Shown in pieces: positions 57,483 to 64,000 of a stretch of DNA of 64,000 nucleotides. Each line of letters starts with the position of its first letter. Positions within the stretch are counted from its first letter, which is position 1. This DNA is from Eledone cirrhosa. Taxonomy: Eukaryota. Where the stretch lies: positions 68,386,001 to 68,450,000 of the forward strand of contig OZ024743.1 of NCBI GenBank assembly GCA_964016885.1, read 5' to 3'. The translations under genes were made by a program, and so were the position numbers. Below the pieces are notes generated by a model. That model did no database searches. It was not told where the DNA came from and saw only the letters and a program-made list of their open reading frames with translations.

Positions 57483-58089
57483 TTCTTTGAGTCTCAGTCA
57501 TTTATGTTGGTTAACTGGAAAGTTTGTTGAAATAAATATCAAGCCACTACCTGCACCCTCAAACATTCAGGACGTATCGGGGGGTTCTTGCTGTTCCCAG
57601 CAAGCATACCTTTTGAAGTGTTCCAAAAAGCGGGGCGGGGCCAATTTTCTTTAATCATCCCTGGAAACTCTTTGAGATAGTACCTAGTACGCCTATGACA
57701 ATCGGGACCACTTTGACTTCATGGCAGTTCCAAATCCTTTTTACCTCCCACTTTAAGTCCTGGTATCGGTTAATTTTCTCCCTCTCATTCTCTTGCACTC
57801 TCGTGTCGAATGGACAGGCAACATCCAAAATCAGGCACGATATTTTTTCCTTGTCCAAAACCACCAGGTCAGGTCTATTGTGTTCCAGTTTCTTGTCCGT
57901 CTGTATCCTAAAATCCCACAGCACCTTCACCTGATCGTTTTCTATCACCGACTCTGGCTTATGCTCATACCACTTCTCAGAATGTGATAAATTGTTTACT
58001 TTGCATAGATCCAGTGGATCACCCTGCCATTCACATCATGTCTGCAGCCTTTATAGTGAGTCTGGGCTAGGTGTATACACTCGGATACA

Positions 58090-58090
<1 letters not shown>
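57483..58090 (-). mobile_element. R4/Dong family A 3' fragment (copy 2-like subfamily)
   Basis: IENDQVKVLWDFRIQTD..HNRPD..VLGTISKSFQG with the same 3'UTR as copy 2; bounded by (TTA)n. Confidence 0.9.
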
Positions 58091-58122
<32 letters not shown>

Positions 58123-58127
58123 GTTGT

Positions 58128-59809
58128 TATTCCTTGAATCTCAGTCATTGATGTTGGTTAACTGGAAAGTCCGTTGGATTGAATATCAAGCCACTACCTG
58201 CAGCCTCAGATATTCAGCACGTATCGGAGGGTTCTTGCTGTTCCAAGCAAGCATGCCTTTTGAAGCGTTCCAAAAAGCGTGAAGGGGCCGATTTTCTTTA
58301 ACCATCCCTGGAAACTTTTGGAGATAGTCCCCAGTGCGCCTATGACAATCGGGATCACTTTGACTTCATGGCAGTTCCAAATCCTTTTCACCTTCCACTT
58401 TAGGTCCTGGTATCGGTTAATTTTCTCCCTCTCCTTCTCTTGCACTCTCGTGTCGAACGGGCAGGCCACATCCACAATCAGACACGATCTTTTTTCTTTG
58501 TCCACAACCACCAGGTCAGGTCTTTTGTGTTCCAGTTTTGTGTCCGTCTGTATCCTAAAATCCCACAGCACCTTCACCTGATTGTTCTCCATCACCGCCT
58601 CTGGCCTATGCTCATACCATTTCTCAGAATGTGGTAAATTGTTTACTTTGCACAGGTGCCAGTGGATCACCCTGCCCATCACATCGTGTCTCCAGCCCTT
58701 ATAGTGGGTCTGGGCTAGGTGTTTACACTCGGACACAATGTGAGCCACAGTCTCCTCTCTCTCTCCACAGATCCTGCACAGTGGGCTAGCCTCCTCCTTG
58801 TAAATATGGTGTTTCAACCACTTCGTTTTGAGGGCCTGCTCCTGCGCAGCCATTAGCATTCCTTCTGTAGCCTTTTTGAGGTCTCCTCTTCTCAACCAGT
58901 TCCATGTCTGTGGATCTCTAAATTCAGTTTTCTCAAAGAAGGTACTATGAAGGGATTTTCCCTTAAGGCTGCTCTTCCTCCTTGATGTTATTTCCTCCTT
59001 GGACATCCCCTGGCCTACTGTCCCCTCCTTCAGTACAGTTCTCAGCATTGGCTCCTTACTATAGGTCACGTATTTGTATAGGTTGTTTTTCTCCATCTGA
59101 ACACAGTCCTCTATGCTGATAAGACCTCTTCCACCCTCAGATCTCCTTAGGTAGAGTCTATCGACATCACTCCTCTTGTGGAACATGTTGTAGATAGTCA
59201 ATAGCTTCCTAGTCTTCCTATCCATTTCTTTTTGTTCAGCAACATTCCATCTCAGAATTCCCGCATTGTACCTAATAATAGACACAGCTCGGGAATTTAC
59301 TGCGCTTATGGCATTTCTGCTGTTCAGATGTGACTTCAATACGCTCCTTACTCTCCGAATGTATTCAGTTCTTAACAATTCCTTCATTTTTTTGTTCTTT
59401 ATGCCATCAGCCTCCAGAACGCCCAAATACTTGTATCCTTCCTCAGAGTCAATTTCCTTTATCATCTCACCTGTTGGTATCTGGATCCCGTTACTTCTGC
59501 TCAACCTACCCCTCCTCATCACAAAGACTCCACATTTACCAATACCAAACTGCATACATATATCACTGCTGAAAATACGGACAGTGTCAACAAGCACATC
59601 CAACTCCTTCTCACTTTTCCCGAAGAGCTTAAGATCGTCCATGAAGAGGAGGTGATTGATGGTAAGCTCTCCCCTTCCCAACTTGTATCCTGCTCTCACT
59701 TTTCGCAGCATAATGGTCAAGGGCATCAGGGCAAGGACAAACAACAGAGGGGACAGGCTATCTCCCTGGAAGATACCTCTCTTGATCTTCACGCTTCCCA
59801 AGGATACTC

Positions 59810-59810
<1 letters not shown>
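58128..59810 (-). mobile_element. R4/Dong family A 5'-truncated copy (copy 1-like), reading frame intact
   Basis: Near-identical to 42285-43970. Begins at GVSLGSVKIKRGIFQGDSLSP and is bounded by (TTA)n. Confidence 0.92.
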
Positions 59811-59870
<60 letters not shown>

Positions 59871-60081
59871 GTTGTTGGTGAAGCCACGCTTCTTATCGCC
59901 TCCAGTCTTTTTCAACATTTTACATCTTTTTCAACCGTTCTAAACCTTTTATTCAAGTTTTAAATTTGATAAAAGTTTAGAAGAAGTGACCCACCTAATA
60001 CAGGGGTTCACTAGTAAATAATACGGCACCCCTTTACGGGTGTCGTATTCGTGTAAAAATATCTTTTTGAAAATTTTCAAC

Positions 60082-62055
60082 ATGGATAACACAAAGAGAG
60101 AGAGCACTGTCAGACAACACAGAGAGAGGGAGACTTTATCAGCATGTCAACAAGACGGCGTTCCAGCGGAGGTAAATATAAACGAAAATATTACAAACGA
60201 AAAAAAGATTGTTACAGATTTAAAATTAACAAATATTTCTAACACAAACACCAACAATAACACCAACAACATCACCAACAACAACACCAAAAATAACAGC
60301 GGTCAAGTCGAGAATGACAATAACAAAAATAACAGCGGTAAGGGTGAGAACGACAATAACAACAGCCACAACAACAATAATAGTAGGAACAGTATCAACA
60401 AAAACAACAATAATAATAACAACCACAATAACAGTAACAGCAGCAACAGTATCAACGAAAACAACACCAACAACTGTACCAGCGAAAAGAACAACAATGA
60501 CATCGATACCTGAAATAGCGATCTCAGCACCACCAGTAAGACCAGTAGCGGCAGCAATAGTGGTGCTGCTGAAAAAGGGACCACTTCTTTTGCAGGTGTC
60601 GCCCGAAATATCGAGACAGTGTTAGTCACAGAGGAGGAGATGGCAGTCGCAAGGGCCATGGTGACAATAAGCGCAAATAGAGTTTCCCTGAAACCTCCAC
60701 CCGATTTTTTCAAGGACCAGCAACTACGGACGGTGACTTACCGCACCGTAAGCAAAACCTCACATCGAGTGGAGAGAGCCACGGAGGCTCAAATCCAAAA
60801 GGCCTTGGGGTGCGTCTGGGCAGGCAAAACCCACATCACCCGAGGCAGAAAGTACGGCACAGTAGACGTACTTTTCGCCACCCCCTAGGAAGCAAAGTCT
60901 CACTCTTTGGAAACCCTAAAGAGTGAGGAGTTAGTCTTGGTGCCCTCCTACTGCGGGCAGAAAATTGTGAGGGTCAAAGTGACCCAGGTCCCACCCGACG
61001 TGCCCATACCTTGGCTGGCCGCGTCTGTCCTTGCTGGAATTGAGAACAGGGCGACCATGCTGCAAGTAGAAAAAATAGGGAGAGAGAACTGGTCAGGTAT
61101 AGGCATGCAAATGCTTATAAAAACTGACCAGGAATGTATCAAGGCTATCCCCGATATCATAGACTTCGAGGAAGGACTCAAACTCCCTATAAGTGTAGAA
61201 GGAAGACGGCCAAAATGTTATCTCTGTGGGTCGAAAGGTCACCTCATGGCCTTTTTTCCTGCAGAACACACCGAAGAGGGCCCCTCTCCTCCAATACCTG
61301 GTCCGCTGCTACCAAGAGCAGGACAAGCAACAAACGAAGACGCCCCTACACGGTGAGTAGGAGGACAACGTCCGTAGCACCCGTACCAAGGCCACGGATA
61401 ACTAAAGCAGCATCATCAGTAGCGGCAACACCAATAGCTACATTTGAAATAGCTACACCAGCAACAAAATTGCTGAAGAGGGCTCCACTAACACCACCAA
61501 CAGCTGTGGAGCACATACCCCACCCAGACGCCACAGGAGTTTGAGACGGGGGTGACGTGGCAAACAGTCTGCCACAAAAAACAGAAAAGAAAAAAAACCT
61601 TACATTCACCCTCCAAAAGCGAAGGCATACAAAGAGGGGTAAAGGCAGCAAGGAAACTTGCAGCAACACCACCACAAACACCAACAACGCAAACACAACA
61701 AGACACACACACCAAACAGCAACAAGAAGAAAACGGCAACAAAATCACCCCTCCCCCCAAAAAGTACACAGCCATAAACATAGCAAAAAAAGAACTCATA
61801 AAATATATAAAGCAGCACACAGACATCACAGAAAAAAACTATTACACCCCACCAACACCAAGAACTCTCCAGACAAACATAAGCATCATCGAAATCTCAA
61901 TAGAACAATACAAACCTTTAAAACAAAAATTCCCCAAAGCAGTTGGAGACTTCAGAGAGACGGTTACCAAGTGGATATACACTGACATCCTCTTGGAAAC
62001 ACCCTTGACCAGCGAAAGGAACGGTTCTACTGTCCCTTCACCACGAACAAGGTAA
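60082..62055 (+). pseudogene. Tx1 ORF1 (gag-like, zinc knuckle), disrupted
   Basis: N-rich N-terminus, VRVKVTQVPPDVP, VEGRRPKCYLCGSKGHLMAFFP (CCHC with last C lost), and a basic/Pro-Thr-rich tail. Stops at ~60511 and ~60886. Confidence 0.7.
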
Positions 62056-62091
62056 GTGACCCTTTCATATTTGCCCCGTTTCTCATCCAAA

Positions 62092-64000
62092 ATGGCTGTA
62101 CACAGAATAGGCAGTATAAATGCACGTGGCCTGGTGTCATCTTGGAAGCAGGGTCACCTGCTCAATGACCTTAGGTCACTAAACATAGATGTGGTGGCCA
62201 TCAGTGAAACCAGAATCTCCGATGCACGGGCCTTCGCACCGAACTTCGGCGGCTACGATGTATACGCATCTCCCAGCCGTCCAGGATCGGGGGGGGGGGG
62301 TTGCCGTCCTTTTTCGGAGAGGCTTGGATCACGCGATACGGGCCATCTTCCTGGACCCAGAAGGTAAGTCGGTGGTGCTGGACGTGACCGGCAGCGAAGG
62401 CAATGCTTTCAGGCTAGTAGCCGTCTACGCCCCAACAGGGGCAGGACGGCCAGATTTCTTCAGACGTCTAGAGACGTTTCTTGGAACGTCCCGCTCTTTA
62501 GTGTTAGTGGGCGACTGGAACGGTATCTTGGATGCACGCTGTGATCGTGTGGGGCTAGTGGATAGGGGAGGAGGGTGCAAGGGCCTCACCAACCTGCTCA
62601 GACGTTTTGAACTGTCTGACAGGTATCGACTGGATCACCCGATTGTGCCAATGTGGACACGAACAAACGCATCGGGTCATCCAGATCGTATCTAGATAGG
62701 GTATTCTGCAGGGAACTAGATAACGCTAGTATAAATTGTCCACAATTTAAAATAGTCGACTACACAGACCACAAATTTGTGATCTGTGAGATCGACATAG
62801 ACAGACTTCATACAGAAGGGCCTGGTTATTGGAAGCTGAACGCGTCTTTCCCGGCGCGCAAGGCCTACAGAGACCGGATTAGCGTATTAGTTAAGCGGGC
62901 GTTGACGGGAGCGGGCGTCATACAACAGGTGGTGGTTCGCCCTGAAAAGGGCAATTAAAATAGAGTCGATTAGGTTTAGCAAAGGACTAGTGATAGAGTA
63001 GAGGGAGAGCTAGTCAGAAAGCTAGAAGAGGCGTTTATGACAGGCATCGCAACCGACGTAATTGCGGCGAGATTGGCACTCGACTAATTCTTCAACGCAA
63101 AACACGAAGGCTGCGTTGTCAGAGCTAGAGGGCGTGCTCTGAAACACGAGGGGACAAAAGCCGTCCAGTGGGCCCAGGTAGCAGAGGCGCGACGTGGCAA
63201 CAAAGCCACAATTCGGTCTTTGTCTGACCAAAACGGGTGCGTGTTGCTCGAACCCGAGCAGATGTGTGAAGCTTTTCAGCAGCACTTTGCTGAACTGCTC
63301 GGGAGCAGCGGCGGCTCGGATCGGGGCATGGACTTCAGTGCATACCTCGACGGACTGCCTCGGCTCTCGCCGACCGCAACACAGTGTTGCGAAAAGCCAA
63401 TAACAGCCGGTGAAATACGGGAGGCGATGGCTAACTGCACGAGGAGTAAATCGCCAGGTTTGGATGGTCTGCCGTACGAGTTTATGCATTTATGCCAGAC
63501 TTATTCGGTGACCTCTTGGCAGACGTCTACTGGAACTGGCAGCAGAACGGGAGCATTCCCAGTTTTGTAAGCCGGGGAGCGGTGACGCTGCTGAGAAAAG
63601 AGCGGAACAAAGGGGATGTTATCGATAATTTCAGGCCCATGACCCTGCTAAACGCAGAGTTCAAGATTTTAGCAAAGGTGTTAGCAATGAGGTTGGCGCT
63701 TGTCGTCAAGGGTCTGGTGGGAGAGGCGCAGACATGCGCCATTCCGGACAGATCCATACACGACAACCCCCACCTCATGCGATACATCATAGAGAGGGTG
63801 GTTAAGGAACCTGGCACGGGTGTGGCCCTGATCAACTTGGATCAATCCAATTCATTCAAAAGGGTCGTCCATCAGTACCTGGCGGTTGTCCTTGTTGCAG
63901 CCTTTTTCAGGATTTGGTTCGCTGCGATGTACAGCGACATGTTCCCAGTTGTGAGGGTGAACGGTCACCTGTCGCAGCCGTTCAGCATCATGCGCTCGTT
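62092..64000 (+). pseudogene. Tx1 ORF2: apurinic-like endonuclease + N-terminal RT, frameshifted
   Basis: GSINARGL, AISETR, AVYAP, LVGDWN, SYLDRVF, YTDH, GPGYWKLNAS, KSPGLDGLPYEF, NFRPMTLLNAEFKILAKVLA, QTCAIPDRSIHDN. Confidence 0.9.

Larger units (their letters stand above)
59876..64000 (+). mobile_element. Tx1-clade LINE (ORF1 + APE-RT ORF2), pseudogenised, runs off window end
   Basis: Starts immediately after (TTA)n; ORF1 and ORF2 motifs are listed in the next two features. Confidence 0.88.

Noticed and set aside
42434-59963. Plus-strand ORFs overlapping the R4/Dong elements
   Set aside because: They are antisense shadows of the RT-RLE frame and recur only because the elements are paralogous.

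Overview
This is AT-rich, microsatellite-dense animal DNA with no confidently identifiable host gene. An octopod cephalopod origin is inferred from the SINE families and the (TA)n/(CA)n load. Bases 1-41 kb hold decayed repeats: many tRNA-derived SINEs, a Penelope-like element (RT + GIY-YIG), RTE, BEL/Pao-like and R4-like fragments, a Helitron-like element and a degenerate interstitial TTAGGG tract. This region also carries a dense set of small fold-back elements sitting in (TA)n tracts. Their arms carry outward-facing type I hammerhead ribozymes: 7 well-formed copies with compensatory base changes and a conserved stem II mismatch. Bases 42-64 kb are a stack of non-LTR retrotransposons, nearly all bounded by (TTA)n tracts. 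There are five R4/Dong-type RT-RLE copies from two families on the minus strand and two Tx1-type pieces on the plus strand. The long R4/Dong copies share a roughly 1 kb leader with a conserved splice-donor motif; the two family A copies also keep an acceptor, giving an apparent retained spliceosomal intron. A hairpin/pseudoknot motif lies just upstream of the ORF. All calls come from reading the sequence by eye, no searches were run, and boundaries are approximate.
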